From an uncultured Bdellovibrionales bacterium (GTDB taxonomy: Bacteria > Patescibacteriota > Minisyncoccia > Moranbacterales > UBA1568), in NCBI GenBank assembly GCA_964384235.1, contig CAYLJX010000003.1:8389-72388 (forward strand): a stretch of DNA of 64,000 bases. Direction: 5' to 3'. Positions 54,761-63,879 of this stretch are shown piece after piece. Every line of letters starts with the position of its first letter. Positions within the stretch are counted from its first letter, which is position 1. The notes under the pieces were generated by a model. The model made no database searches, had not been told where the DNA came from, and saw nothing but the letters and a program-made list of their open reading frames with translations. Both the position numbers and the translations under genes were made by a program.

Positions 54761-55288
54761 TTACGCCTTCGCTGTCTCGGCCGGCGCTGCTTCTTTCTTT
54801 TCTTTCGGCGGCTTCAGGTCCTCCAGAGCCTTCACGGTCACACGGGCGACATTGAGCGGGTTGGACGCGCCGAGCGATTTCGAAACGATATCCTTGACCC
54901 CCAGGAGATCAACCACGGCACGGACCGCACCGCCGGCGATGATACCCTGACCCTTGGAGGCAGGCTTGAGGAGCACTTTGGCGCTCCCGAGCTTGGCTTT
55001 CACATCGTGAGAGATGGTCGAACCGTCGAGAGTGACCGCAATGAGGTTCTTCTTGGCATCATTGAAAGCCTTCTGGATGGCATCGGACACATCGGATCCC
55101 TTGGCGACACCGACACCGACCTTGCCCTTGCGGTTGCCGATGACGAGCGTGGCACGGAAACGGAACCGGCGACCACCCTTCACGACGCGGGTCACGCGCG
55201 CCAAATTGAGGAGTTTCTGGTCGAACTCCGGTTTCTCGCGTCGCATACCGCCGCGCTTTCCCTGTCTTGGTCCTTGCTTCATTGCCAT
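54761..55288 (-). CDS. rpsE: 30S ribosomal protein S5
   Basis: VTRVVKGGRRFRFRATLVIGN.KGKVGVGVAKG is a canonical S5 dsRBD and C-domain. No rpmD (L30) ORF lies in the 35-nt gap to rplO. Confidence 0.95.
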   Translation of the reverse strand: MAMKQGPRQGKRGGMRREKPEFDQKLLNLARVTRVVKGGRRFRFRATLVIGNRKGKVGVGVAKGSDVSDAIQKAFNDAKKNLIAVTLDGSTISHDVKAKLGSAKVLLKPASKGQGIIAGGAVRAVVDLLGVKDIVSKSLGASNPLNVARVTVKALEDLKPPKEKKEAAPAETAKA

Positions 55289-55310
55289 ACTCCTTCCTTA
55301 AACTAAAGGC

Positions 55311-55666
55311 TTAAAACTTGAGTCCTCCCTCGCGCGCCCCTTCGGCGAGCGCCTTGACTTTCCCGTGATAGCGATAGCCCGAACGGTCGAAGACCGCCTC
55401 GTTCACCCCTGCTTTGACGCACTTCTCGGCGAGAAGCGCTCCGACTTTGGCCGCGCTTTCGACCGTGTGCTTCGCCTTGACGCCGAGATCGGCGAGCTTG
55501 GCGGAACAGAGGGTCTTGCCGGTCACGTCATCGATCGCCTGAACGGAGATGCTCCGGAGGCTGCGGAAAACGGAAAGACGAGGCTTCGTTGCCGTGCCGG
55601 AAATCTTAGCTCGGACGCGGCGCTTGCGCTCGAACCGTTTCGCTTTTCTTGCTGCTTGATTGATCA
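55311..55666 (-). CDS. rplR: 50S ribosomal protein L18
   Basis: RKRRVRAKISGTATKPRLSVFRSLRSI...YHGKVKALAEGAREGGLKF. The start was set at MINQAARKAKR, since the ORF track extends 25 codons into the repeat spacer. Confidence 0.85.
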
Positions 55667-55679
55667 TAATATCTAGCTT

Positions 55680-55776
55680 TCTAGCTTCGTTAGCTTTTAG
55701 CTTCGTTAGCTTCCTAATTTCATCAGCCGTTATTCCTAACAAGCTAGTGAAGCTAAGAAGCTAGTGAAGCTGATCT
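55680..55776. repeat. heptamer array TAGCTTC-like x5, a spacer, then the inverted array GAAGCTA-like x4, inside the spc operon between rplF and rplR
   Basis: agctttc tagcttc gttagct tttagct tcgttag cttccta atttcatcagccgttattcctaacaa gctagtg aagctaa gaagcta gtgaagc. The TAGCTTC array also occurs at 3333-3372. Confidence 0.65.
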
Positions 55777-56313
55777 CTATGCGGCGGCCTTCTTGCCTTC
55801 CTTGAGACGGACGAGTTCTCCGACGTATCGGAACCCTTTCCCCTTGTACGGTTCGACCGGTTTCAACTTGCGTACCACCGCGGCGAACTGTCCTACCTGC
55901 TGGCGATCGATACCGGCAATGGTGAGAACGTTCCCTTCCACTTTCGTGTCCAATCCTTCCGGAACGATCACCTCCACCGGATGGGAGAAACCAAGCGCGA
56001 GCGTCAGTTTCTTCCCCGAAGCGGACATACGGTACCCGACGCCGTTGAGCTCCAGCTGCTTCTGGAAACCAGTCGTCACTCCCGTGAGCATGTTGGCGAT
56101 GAGCTTGGCGGTCGTTCCCCAGATGGCAGCCGCCTCCTTGGTCCGTCCCAGCTTCGTCACCGTGACGTTCCCTTCCTCGAGAGCGACCGACACTTCGCGG
56201 CGATGCGTCCACTCGAGGGTACCCTTGGGACCCTTGACGGTCACCACGTTGGCCCGGAGGGTCACTTCAGTGCCAGCGGGAAGAGCGATCGGTTTTTTTC
56301 CAATTCTTGACAT
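55777..56313 (-). CDS. rplF: 50S ribosomal protein L6
   Basis: MSRIGKKPIALPAGTEVTL....VKGPKG is canonical L6. Confidence 0.95.
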   Translation of the reverse strand: MSRIGKKPIALPAGTEVTLRANVVTVKGPKGTLEWTHRREVSVALEEGNVTVTKLGRTKEAAAIWGTTAKLIANMLTGVTTGFQKQLELNGVGYRMSASGKKLTLALGFSHPVEVIVPEGLDTKVEGNVLTIAGIDRQQVGQFAAVVRKLKPVEPYKGKGFRYVGELVRLKEGKKAAA

Positions 56314-56323
56314 AAGAGATACG

Positions 56324-56731
56324 TTACCAGACTTTGCACAGATATTCGCCGCCCAGACCCTTGCGATAGGCTTCCCCGCCCGTCATCACGCCCTGGGACG
56401 TCGAGATGATGGCGATACCGTAGCCGTTCTTCACCTTCTTCACTTCGCTCTGCTTCACGTAGATCCGGCAGCCTTCCTTGGAAACCCGGGTGATCTCACG
56501 AATCGCCGGACTCTTCTTGGTCGGAGACACCTGGGTGTACTTGAGCCAAACGGTCAGCATGTCGTGTCCGCCTTCGGCCGATTCCTTCTCGACACGCGCC
56601 ACGAAACCCTCCTGCTCGAGGATCTTCGCGATGGTGTGTTTGAGCTTCGACGCGCGCACACTCATCTTGGCATGACCGGCGGCCTGCGCGTTGCGAATCC
56701 GAGTGAGCATGTCTGCGATTGGATCTAACAT
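56324..56731 (-). CDS. rpsH: 30S ribosomal protein S8
   Basis: MLDPIADMLTRIRNA and ...GIAIISTSQGVMT are canonical S8. Confidence 0.95.
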   Translation of the reverse strand: MLDPIADMLTRIRNAQAAGHAKMSVRASKLKHTIAKILEQEGFVARVEKESAEGGHDMLTVWLKYTQVSPTKKSPAIREITRVSKEGCRIYVKQSEVKKVKNGYGIAIISTSQGVMTGGEAYRKGLGGEYLCKVW

Positions 56732-56761
56732 AATGTCTTGCTTAGCTTAGAGCGGTTTCAA

Positions 56762-56947
56762 TTACCAGGAGGCCTTCTTGACTCCGGGAATCTCGCCGGT
56801 ATTGGCGAGCTCGCGGAAACAGATACGGCAGATATCGAACCGACGCAGGTACCCACGCTTCCGACCACACTTCCAACACCGCTTGACGATGCGGGTTGAA
56901 AATTTCGGGGTTTTCTCTGCTCTTGCGGCAGTGGATGTCTTGGCCAT
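56762..56947 (-). CDS. rpsZ: 30S ribosomal protein S14, zinc-binding type Z (61 aa)
   Basis: C-x2-C...C-x2-C ([23 protein letters not shown]). Confidence 0.9.
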   Translation of the reverse strand: MAKTSTAARAEKTPKFSTRIVKRCWKCGRKRGYLRRFDICRICFRELANTGEIPGVKKASW

Positions 56948-56961
56948 AGTTGGTTCAATGC

Positions 56962-57528
56962 TTATTTATTCGCTTGCGCTTCGTCGCTCTGAAGCGGGAG
57001 ACCGATGAGACGAAACAGGGTCTCGCCGGCTTTTTTGTCCTTGGCGGTCGTCACGATATTCACCTGGAAACCGAAGATGTGCTGGACCTTTTCCGGAACG
57101 ATCTCGGGAAATACCATATGTTCCTTGAGTCCCAGGTTACAGTTGCCATAGGGATCGATCGCGCTCTTGGGAATTCCCTGGAAATCACGGACACGCGGCA
57201 AAGCGACATTGAACAACCGGTCGAGGAACTGCCACATGCGGTTACCGGTGAGCGTCACACGGGCTCCGACCTCCAGTCCTTCACGGATCTTGAAGCCGGC
57301 GATAGCCTTGCGCGCCTTGGTCTGCACCACCTTCTGTCCGGTGATCGCCTCCAGGGAAGCGATCACTTCCTCCACGCGCTTGGTGTCCTTGAGGATCTTG
57401 CCGACCCCGACATTCACCACGACCTTGCGGACGCGCGGCACCGCCATCGGATTCTTGATACCGAGGGCTTCCTTGAGACCGGGCACAGCCTTCTCAAGGT
57501 ACTTGGTTTTGGTCAATGGAGTCTTCAT
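56962..57528 (-). CDS. rplE: 50S ribosomal protein L5
   Basis: Canonical L5 core. The start was set at [11 protein letters not shown] (the ORF track starts 16 codons upstream). Confidence 0.9.
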   Translation of the reverse strand: MKTPLTKTKYLEKAVPGLKEALGIKNPMAVPRVRKVVVNVGVGKILKDTKRVEEVIASLEAITGQKVVQTKARKAIAGFKIREGLEVGARVTLTGNRMWQFLDRLFNVALPRVRDFQGIPKSAIDPYGNCNLGLKEHMVFPEIVPEKVQHIFGFQVNIVTTAKDKKAGETLFRLIGLPLQSDEAQANK

Positions 57529-57541
57529 AAATACAGGTTCT

Positions 57542-57850
57542 TTAGGCGATCGTCTTACCGGAGCGCTTGCTGACACGAATCTTTTCGCCGCCTTCGATCC
57601 GATACCCGACGCGGGTCGGTCTTCCGGTATCCGGACAGACGAGCATCACGTTGGAGACATGGAGCGGAGCGGCCTTTTCGATGCGCTCCCCTTTCTGTCC
57701 CTCGCGGCGCGCCTTGATATGGCGCTTCATGAGGTTCAGTCCCTCGACGACCACCTTGGACGTCTGGGGATAGACACGCACCACCTTGCCTCGCTTTCCG
57801 CGGTCCTTGCCGGCAATGATCTCTACTTGGTCACCTTTCTTGATCTTCAT
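57542..57850 (-). CDS. rplX: 50S ribosomal protein L24
   Basis: MKIKKGDQVEIIAGKDRGKRGKV (KOW motif). Confidence 0.9.
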   Translation of the reverse strand: MKIKKGDQVEIIAGKDRGKRGKVVRVYPQTSKVVVEGLNLMKRHIKARREGQKGERIEKAAPLHVSNVMLVCPDTGRPTRVGYRIEGGEKIRVSKRSGKTIA

Positions 57851-57862
57851 AACTGTCTTTGA

Positions 57863-58228
57863 TTACAAAACTTCCGGAGCAAGGGAAACGATCTTGGCAA
57901 ATCCTTTCTCGCGCAACTCTCTCGCGACCGGTCCGAAGATACGGGTTCCTTTCGGTTCCGTACCGTCCAGGATGACGGCGGCATTCTCGTCGAATCGGAT
58001 ATAGGAGTTGTCCTTGCGGCGGTATTCCTTGCTTTGGCGGACGATCACGGCTTTCACCTTGTCACCCTTCTTCACCATGCCGCGCGGTTCGGCTACCTTC
58101 ACCGAGGCGACGATGATGTCACCCAGGGAGGCATAGCGCCGTCTGGTTCCGCCGAGCACCTTGAAACATTCGATGACTTTGGCACCGGTGTTGTCGGCTA
58201 CTTTCAATCTGGTTTCCGCTTGGATCAT
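57863..58228 (-). CDS. rplN: 50S ribosomal protein L14
   Basis: [17 protein letters not shown]... Confidence 0.95.
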   Translation of the reverse strand: MIQAETRLKVADNTGAKVIECFKVLGGTRRRYASLGDIIVASVKVAEPRGMVKKGDKVKAVIVRQSKEYRRKDNSYIRFDENAAVILDGTEPKGTRIFGPVARELREKGFAKIVSLAPEVL

Positions 58229-58249
58229 ATGGTTACGATTCTCTGTTCC

Positions 58250-58513
58250 TTATTCGGAGACTACCTGATGACGCTTGTCACGGCTGATGGGCCGGCACTC
58301 CTGAAACGTCACGACATCGCCGACCTTGTGTCTGTTCTCGGCATCATGCACCTTGTAACGCTTGGTCGATCGGTACTGCTTGAGATACTTCGGATGGGTC
58401 TTGAGCGTCTCGACGGCCACGACGATCGTCTTGTCCATCTTGTCGCTCACTACCACGCCCTTGAATTTGGGAGCCTTGTTCTGCTTTTCAGTTGTGACCG
58501 GGGTCGTTTTCAT
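58250..58513 (-). CDS. rpsQ: 30S ribosomal protein S17
   Basis: KGVVVSDKMDKTIVVAVE.....KYLK.....KYKVHDE... Confidence 0.9.
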   Translation of the reverse strand: MKTTPVTTEKQNKAPKFKGVVVSDKMDKTIVVAVETLKTHPKYLKQYRSTKRYKVHDAENRHKVGDVVTFQECRPISRDKRHQVVSE

Positions 58514-58542
58514 AAAAATGTATGAGACTGGCTTGGGAAAAT

Positions 58543-58740
58543 TTAGTCGATCGAGAGTTCCGCTTCGCGCTTGAGCGTGAGGAGCCTCGCGATATCCTTC
58601 TTGAGCTTGCGGTATTCCCGGTGGTTCTTCGCCTCGCGCGTCGCGATGTCGAAGCGGAGCTTCCGGGATTTGTCCTGGAGCTCGAGGAGAAGCTTCTCCT
58701 GTTCACCGCTGTTCTTTTCTCGCAATTCTTTGACTTTCAT
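58543..58740 (-). CDS. rpmC: 50S ribosomal protein L29
   Basis: MKVKELREKNSGEQEKLLLELQDK...; the ORF track begins 7 codons earlier (58761). Confidence 0.85.
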   Translation of the reverse strand: MKVKELREKNSGEQEKLLLELQDKSRKLRFDIATREAKNHREYRKLKKDIARLLTLKREAELSID

Positions 58741-58791
58741 AACGCTCTCGACTTGATACACTTTACAGACTTGATTGACTTTGTGACTCTC

Positions 58792-59202
58792 TTATTGTTT
58801 TTCGACGAATTTCGTCTTGATCGCCAACTTGTGTCCGGCGAGTCGCATGGCTTCCGCCGCCGCTTCCCTGGCGATACCGTCGAGTTCGAAGAGGACTCTT
58901 CCGGCCCGGATCTTGGCGACGAAGTGGTCGACACTTCCCTTGCCCTTGCCCATCGGAGTCTGTTCGCCTTTCTTGGTCATCGGCTTGTCGGGAAAGACGC
59001 GGATCCACACCTTGCCGCCACGCTGGATGGATCGAGTCATGGCCCGGCGGGCCGCTTCGATCTGGCGGGCGGAGACGAGACCCTCCTCGGTCGCCTTGAG
59101 ACCGAAACTGCCGAAGCTCACCTTGTCACCGCGAGTGGCCGGGCTACCCGACCAGCCGCCGCGCTGGATCTTCCTGTGTTTGACTTTTCGTGGCATCAAC
59201 AT
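58792..59202 (-). CDS. rplP: 50S ribosomal protein L16
   Basis: [15 protein letters not shown]... and [11 protein letters not shown] are canonical. Confidence 0.95.
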   Translation of the reverse strand: MLMPRKVKHRKIQRGGWSGSPATRGDKVSFGSFGLKATEEGLVSARQIEAARRAMTRSIQRGGKVWIRVFPDKPMTKKGEQTPMGKGKGSVDHFVAKIRAGRVLFELDGIAREAAAEAMRLAGHKLAIKTKFVEKQ

Positions 59203-59211
59203 AGACGTGGG

Positions 59212-59865
59212 CTACGCTACTGTTTCAAATTTCTCACCCTTGTAAATCCAGACTTTCACCCCGATCACACCATAGGTCGTACGGGCTTCGGTCCGGGCGA
59301 AGTCGATATCCGCGCGCAGGGTATGGAGAGGAATCTTGCCGCGGGACAACCATTCCCGACGCGACATCTCGGCACCGCCGAGACGGCCGGAAATCTCGAT
59401 CTTCACACCCTGGATGCCCTTGTTGGCCTCCACCTGGTCGAGCATACCCTTGAGGACACGACGGAACGGGACACGCTTCTCCAGCTGCTCGGCCACCTGC
59501 TGCCCCACGAGCATGGCGCTCGCTTCGGCGTTCTTGATCTCCTGGATTTCCACCTTGAGTTCCACCTTCTTGCCGGCGAAGAACTTCTTCCTGACGGCAC
59601 GGGTGAGATCCTCGATACCGGTGCCGCCGCGGCCGATGAGCACGCCGGGACGAGAGGTATGGATGATGAGACGGACCGCGTTGGCGGAGCGCTCGATATG
59701 GACCGAGGCGATGGCTGCCGCCTTCCACTTGGTCGTGATCATCTCGCGGATCTCCACGTCCTTGCGGAGCTGCTCCTTGTACGTCTTCTTCGCACCGAAC
59801 CAGCGCGACTGCCAGTCGGTCGTGATCCCGAGACGGATTCCAGTTGGATTGACTTTATGACCCAT
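59212..59865 (-). CDS. rpsC: 30S ribosomal protein S3
   Basis: MGHKVNPTGIRLGITTDWQSRWF, KH domain. Confidence 0.95.
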   Translation of the reverse strand: MGHKVNPTGIRLGITTDWQSRWFGAKKTYKEQLRKDVEIREMITTKWKAAAIASVHIERSANAVRLIIHTSRPGVLIGRGGTGIEDLTRAVRKKFFAGKKVELKVEIQEIKNAEASAMLVGQQVAEQLEKRVPFRRVLKGMLDQVEANKGIQGVKIEISGRLGGAEMSRREWLSRGKIPLHTLRADIDFARTEARTTYGVIGVKVWIYKGEKFETVA

Positions 59866-59879
59866 AACTTCTGTAAAGT

Positions 59880-60401
59880 TTATGCGGCTTTCCGCTGAAA
59901 TACCTTTTTGACGAATTTCCCGCCGGTCTTCCCGCTGACTCGGCTCCCTGTTCCTTCAGTCTTGATCGGTCTGGCTTCGGACTTCTCTTCCTTGACTTCC
60001 TCGACTTCGGATTCTTTCACGGTGACGATCGCTTCCTGTTTCTTTTTCTCGGTGCGGTTCTTGCCTTCCACCTTCTCCTCGAGGATGAGCGTCACATTGG
60101 AACCACGGCGCAAGAGCGGCGTCGCGCGGCCGAAGGCGCGCGGCAGCCAGCGCTGGAGGCGAAGACCGTCACCGACCCGTACAGCAAAGACGTAGAGATT
60201 GTCCTTGTCCAGACCGAAGTTATTCGTCGCATTGGCCACGGCGCTCTTGAGGAGGTCATGGATCGGCTGCGAGGATTTCTTGGTCTGCTTGGAAAGCTGG
60301 ATGAGCGCCTCGGAGGCGTCCACGCCCACGATCGAATGCGTCACGAGACGGACTTTCCGGGGAGCGACTCTCAAGTTGTTCAGGGTGGCGTGTACCTTCA
60401 T
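59880..60401 (-). CDS. rplV: 50S ribosomal protein L22 with ~55-aa Lys/Glu-rich C-terminal extension
   Basis: MKVHATLNNLRVAPRKVRLV... is the L22 core; residues ~118-173 are a low-complexity extension. Confidence 0.9.
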   Translation of the reverse strand: MKVHATLNNLRVAPRKVRLVTHSIVGVDASEALIQLSKQTKKSSQPIHDLLKSAVANATNNFGLDKDNLYVFAVRVGDGLRLQRWLPRAFGRATPLLRRGSNVTLILEEKVEGKNRTEKKKQEAIVTVKESEVEEVKEEKSEARPIKTEGTGSRVSGKTGGKFVKKVFQRKAA

Positions 60402-60420
60402 AAATCTCTAGACTCTAGAA

Positions 60421-60762
60421 CTATTTCTTGGCGGTTGTCGCGGCCTTGGCTGCCTTGGCGGCATCCAGTTCGCGCTGTTTGGCGGCCTGTTCGATCTCTT
60501 TCTGCATCTTGCCACCATGACGCTGGAACTTGCGCGTCGGGGAAAACTCCCCGAGCTTGTGCCCTACCATCTCTTCCGTCACGAAGACCGAGACGAAGTC
60601 CTTGCCGTTGTGCACGCCAAAGGTAAAGCCTACCATCTCCGGAGAGATCGTGCAAGCGCGCGACCACGTCTTGATGACGGTGCGGTCGCCGAGCTTCTTC
60701 CCTTCGAGCTTCTTGAGGACTCTCGGGTCGACGTATGGACCTTTTTTCAGACTTCGTGACAT
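60421..60762 (-). CDS. rpsS: 30S ribosomal protein S19 with Ala/Lys-rich C-terminal extension
   Basis: [12 protein letters not shown]...[29 protein letters not shown]. Confidence 0.95.
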   Translation of the reverse strand: MSRSLKKGPYVDPRVLKKLEGKKLGDRTVIKTWSRACTISPEMVGFTFGVHNGKDFVSVFVTEEMVGHKLGEFSPTRKFQRHGGKMQKEIEQAAKQRELDAAKAAKAATTAKK

Positions 60763-60792
60763 AAGTTATGTGGATTCAAACGAAATTGATGG

Positions 60793-61620
60793 CTATTTCT
60801 TGGTGCGGCGCTTGACGATGTACTTGTTGCTGTGTTTCTTGCGCTTGCGGGTCTTCTTGCCGAGCGCCGGCTTGCCCCACGGGGTCTTCGGATGCATACC
60901 GAGCGGCTGACGGCCTTCACCACCACCGTGCGGGTGATCCACCGGGTTCATCGCGGTACCACGGACCACCGGACGACGGTTCATGTGACGGGCGCGACCG
61001 GCCTTGCCGATGCGTTCCGCGCTGTGTTCGAAGTTGCTCACCTGACCAAGCGTCGCGTAACAGTCCTTGCTCACGAGACGGATCTCGCCGGAAGCGAGTT
61101 TCACCTGAGCCATCGGACCGTCGAGTGCCATCAGAGTCGCCTGTGAACCGGCACTCCGGACGATCTGTCCGCCCTTGCCGATCTTCATCTCGATGTTGCA
61201 GATGGTCGTACCGACGGGAATGTTTTTGAGGAGCAGACGGTTGCCATTGACGATGGGGGCCGTTTCTCCGGAGATAATCTCCTGACCGACCTTCATGCCG
61301 GCCGTCGCGAGGACATAGCGCTTCTCGCCGTCCTTATAGTGCACGAGCGCGATGAGTGACGAACGATTCGGATCCTTCTCGAGCGCGGCGATCCGACCCG
61401 GGACGTTCCATTTGTCCTGGCGGAAGTCCACCACGCGATAGCGACGCTTGTGCCCGCCACCCTGGTGACGCACCGAAATCTTGCCGCCCGAGCGACCAGC
61501 CCGTTTCTTGTGGGCGGCGAGGAGAGACTTCTCTGGCTTCTTGTCGGTCAGTCCTTCCGGCTTCACCACCGACATGTTGCGGCGCCCGGCGTTGTTTCGT
61601 TTGTAGATCTTGATGGCCAT
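60793..61620 (-). CDS. rplB: 50S ribosomal protein L2
   Basis: ...VDHPHGGGEGR... and ...TAMNPVDHPHGGG... are canonical. Confidence 0.95.
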   Translation of the reverse strand: MAIKIYKRNNAGRRNMSVVKPEGLTDKKPEKSLLAAHKKRAGRSGGKISVRHQGGGHKRRYRVVDFRQDKWNVPGRIAALEKDPNRSSLIALVHYKDGEKRYVLATAGMKVGQEIISGETAPIVNGNRLLLKNIPVGTTICNIEMKIGKGGQIVRSAGSQATLMALDGPMAQVKLASGEIRLVSKDCYATLGQVSNFEHSAERIGKAGRARHMNRRPVVRGTAMNPVDHPHGGGEGRQPLGMHPKTPWGKPALGKKTRKRKKHSNKYIVKRRTKK

Positions 61621-61625
61621 ATCCC

Positions 61626-62060
61626 TTAGATTCCAGCTTTGAACAATTCAATAGACTGTCCCGATTCCACGGAAACGATTGCTTTCTTGACGGCACCCTT
61701 CTGCCCCATCGTCTTGCCGAAACGCTTCGTGCGACTCGGCAGACGGACCATACGTACCGCTTTCACCGCGACACCATAGGCCTCCTCCACCGCGCGCTTC
61801 ACAGACTGCTTGGTCGCATCCTTGGAAACGACAAAGACATACTGATTGAGCGTATTCAGGGCGTACGCCTTCTCGGTGATGCGCGGACGGGTGAGAAGCC
61901 TGGCAGCGAGCGCGCTCTCCTTCGCAGACAGCTCTTTCTTACTGGTCTTCACGGCTTTCTTTGCAGCCCGAGGCTCATCCTTCGTTTCAGGAGCCTTCTT
62001 CTCTTCAGTTGTCTCTTTTCCAAAGAGTGCCATAGGTATGTTTATGCTTGCTTGTTCCAC
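61626..62060 (-). CDS. rplW: 50S ribosomal protein L23 with ~50-aa basic N-terminal extension
   Basis: C-terminal 90 aa (...ITEKAYAL...YVFVV...A.K..VKRAVEEAYGV.V..V...) is L23; the N-terminal extension is Lys/Glu/Ala-rich. Confidence 0.85.
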   Translation of the reverse strand: MEQASINIPMALFGKETTEEKKAPETKDEPRAAKKAVKTSKKELSAKESALAARLLTRPRITEKAYALNTLNQYVFVVSKDATKQSVKRAVEEAYGVAVKAVRMVRLPSRTKRFGKTMGQKGAVKKAIVSVESGQSIELFKAGI

Positions 62061-62692
62061 GTCTTGAACCGCTCTTCCAATTTCTTGATACCCGCTTCCG
62101 TCATGAGGACGTATTCGCGGTCCAGGAGTTCCTTGACGTTGAGATTCTCAGTGAGCGTCTGCTCCACTTTCGGGACATTGCGGGCGACCCGCTCGAAAGC
62201 CTTCTCCTCTCCCGTGAGACAGAGCGTGAGACCCTTGCCGGAAATATCGAGATGCTTCAGGGACTCGGCGAACAGCTTGGTCTTCTTCTCAGGAAAAGTG
62301 AAGGTATCCAAAATCACCAGCTTGCCGCCGCGGACCTTCTCGGAAAGCGCGATAAGCGTCGCCTTCTGGCGCATCTTGGCAGTCGTATTCTTGGAAAAAT
62401 TGCGATCCTTGGTCGGACCGAAGGTGATACCACCCTTGCGCCAGATCGGACTGCGGACGGAGCCGACACGGGCCCGACCGGTTCCCTTCTGACGCCACGG
62501 CTTGATACCGGAACCGGCGCGGTCGCCCCTATCCTTGGTATGAGCGATCACCTGACGCAGATTAGCCGTCATGGCCACATAGATCTGATGGAGAAGCGTG
62601 TCGTTTCCGGGCAGACCGAAGAGCGCCTCGCTCAGTTCGAGGTCCTTCACATCCTTGCCGGCAAGATTTTTGACGGTGACTTTCATAGGCAT
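62042..62692 (-). CDS. rplD: 50S ribosomal protein L4
   Basis: ...KPWRQKGTGRAR.GS.RSPIWRKGG..FGP... canonical; overlaps rplW start by 19 nt. Confidence 0.9.
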   Translation of the reverse strand: MPMKVTVKNLAGKDVKDLELSEALFGLPGNDTLLHQIYVAMTANLRQVIAHTKDRGDRAGSGIKPWRQKGTGRARVGSVRSPIWRKGGITFGPTKDRNFSKNTTAKMRQKATLIALSEKVRGGKLVILDTFTFPEKKTKLFAESLKHLDISGKGLTLCLTGEEKAFERVARNVPKVEQTLTENLNVKELLDREYVLMTEAGIKKLEERFKTWNKQA

Positions 62693-63300
62693 TATTTGAC
62701 GCTCATGATCTTGACGAGGCGACCGTTCACTCCCGGAACCGCACCGCGCACCCCGATCATCCCTTCTTCCTCATTGACATAGACGACGGAAAGGTTTTTG
62801 ACCGTGAAATTCTCCCCGCCCATGCGACCAGCCATACGGCGACCCTTGATGACGTGCTCCGGAAAAGTCGCACCGATGGAGCCCGGCTTACGCAGGTCGT
62901 GCTTGCGGCCGTGGCTCGCGGGAGATCCCCGGAAACCATGACGCTTGACCACACCCTGGAAGCCTTTGGCTTTGGTCACGCCGGTCACGCTCACCTTGTC
63001 TCCGACCTGGAAGGCCGTGACCGAGAGTTCAGTTCCCGTAGCGAACGCTTCCAACTCCTTGGCCAGAGCGGTTCGGTCCGCGCTCGGAGCCAGGTTCTTA
63101 TCCAGACGGAATTCCTTGCGGACGGACTTGCGAGTGGTCTTGGGGGCCTCGACCTGTACGGCGAGGTAACCGTCCTTCTCGAGAGTCCGGTTGACCGTCA
63201 CGGTGTTCTTCTCACAGACGATCATGGTCACGTTCAAGGCACCCTTCGTCTCGTCGAAGAGCGTCGTCATGCCGAGTTTTTTACCGATGAGGAATTTCAT
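62692..63300 (-). CDS. rplC: 50S ribosomal protein L3
   Basis: MKFLIGKKLGMTTLFDE...; GTKAKGFQGVVKRHGF.G; start set at MKFLIGKK (the ORF track extends 34 codons upstream). Confidence 0.9.
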   Translation of the reverse strand: MKFLIGKKLGMTTLFDETKGALNVTMIVCEKNTVTVNRTLEKDGYLAVQVEAPKTTRKSVRKEFRLDKNLAPSADRTALAKELEAFATGTELSVTAFQVGDKVSVTGVTKAKGFQGVVKRHGFRGSPASHGRKHDLRKPGSIGATFPEHVIKGRRMAGRMGGENFTVKNLSVVYVNEEEGMIGVRGAVPGVNGRLVKIMSVK

Positions 63301-63435
63301 ACTCCGTACCTTCTGTAACAAACAAAAAAACCGGACTCGAAGCGCGCCAGTTTCTTTCGTGAAACTTTTGTCGCTCAGTATCCTCTCTCTCACCAACAAC
63401 AACCAGGAGAGAAGGACTTTAACGAAAACCTGCTT

Positions 63436-63759
63436 TTACATCTTTATTTCCACATCTACGCCAGCTGGGAGATCCATATTCGTGAGGTTGTCGATGGTTT
63501 TCCCAGTCGGGTTCACGATGTCGATGAGCCGCTTGTGCACTCGCATCTCGTACTGGTCACGGGAGTTCTTGTGCACGAAGGTCGAGCGGTTGACCGTCAC
63601 CTTGTGGATCTCCGTCGGAAGCGGTACCGGACCCATGATCTCCGCACCGGTGCGCTCGGCCGTCTCCACGATCTTTCTCGCGGACTGGTCGATCACCTTG
63701 TGGTCGTAGGCCTTGATTTTGATGCGGACGCGAAGCGCCGGCGTGTCTGTCTTTTTCAT
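63436..63759 (-). CDS. rpsJ: 30S ribosomal protein S10
   Basis: [38 protein letters not shown]. Confidence 0.95.
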   Translation of the reverse strand: MKKTDTPALRVRIKIKAYDHKVIDQSARKIVETAERTGAEIMGPVPLPTEIHKVTVNRSTFVHKNSRDQYEMRVHKRLIDIVNPTGKTIDNLTNMDLPAGVDVEIKM

Positions 63760-63794
63760 TGCTCAATACTACGGGAAAATTTCTTCTTTGTCCA

Positions 63795-63860
63795 GCCTGC
63801 CCGTCGAAGAGACGGGTTCAAGAGAACTATTCGTCCCGGGACCCCCTTCCCGGGACTGAA
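63795..63860 (-). terminator. GC-rich hairpins between tuf and rpsJ (possible attenuator/terminator)
   Basis: GTCCCGGGAAGGGGGTCCCGGGAC and CCCGTCTCTTCGACGGG on the minus strand; only weak T-tracts follow. Confidence 0.35.
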
Positions 63861-63879
63861 GTTCGCTCGAAGGAGATCT

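Noticed and set aside
23105-55776. Heptamer arrays as CRISPR arrays
   Set aside because: The units are only 7 nt, directly tandem with no unique spacers, and no cas genes are present.
63301-63435. Terminator between rpsJ and rplC
   Set aside because: No convincing stem followed by a T-tract. It is probably just an operon-internal spacer.
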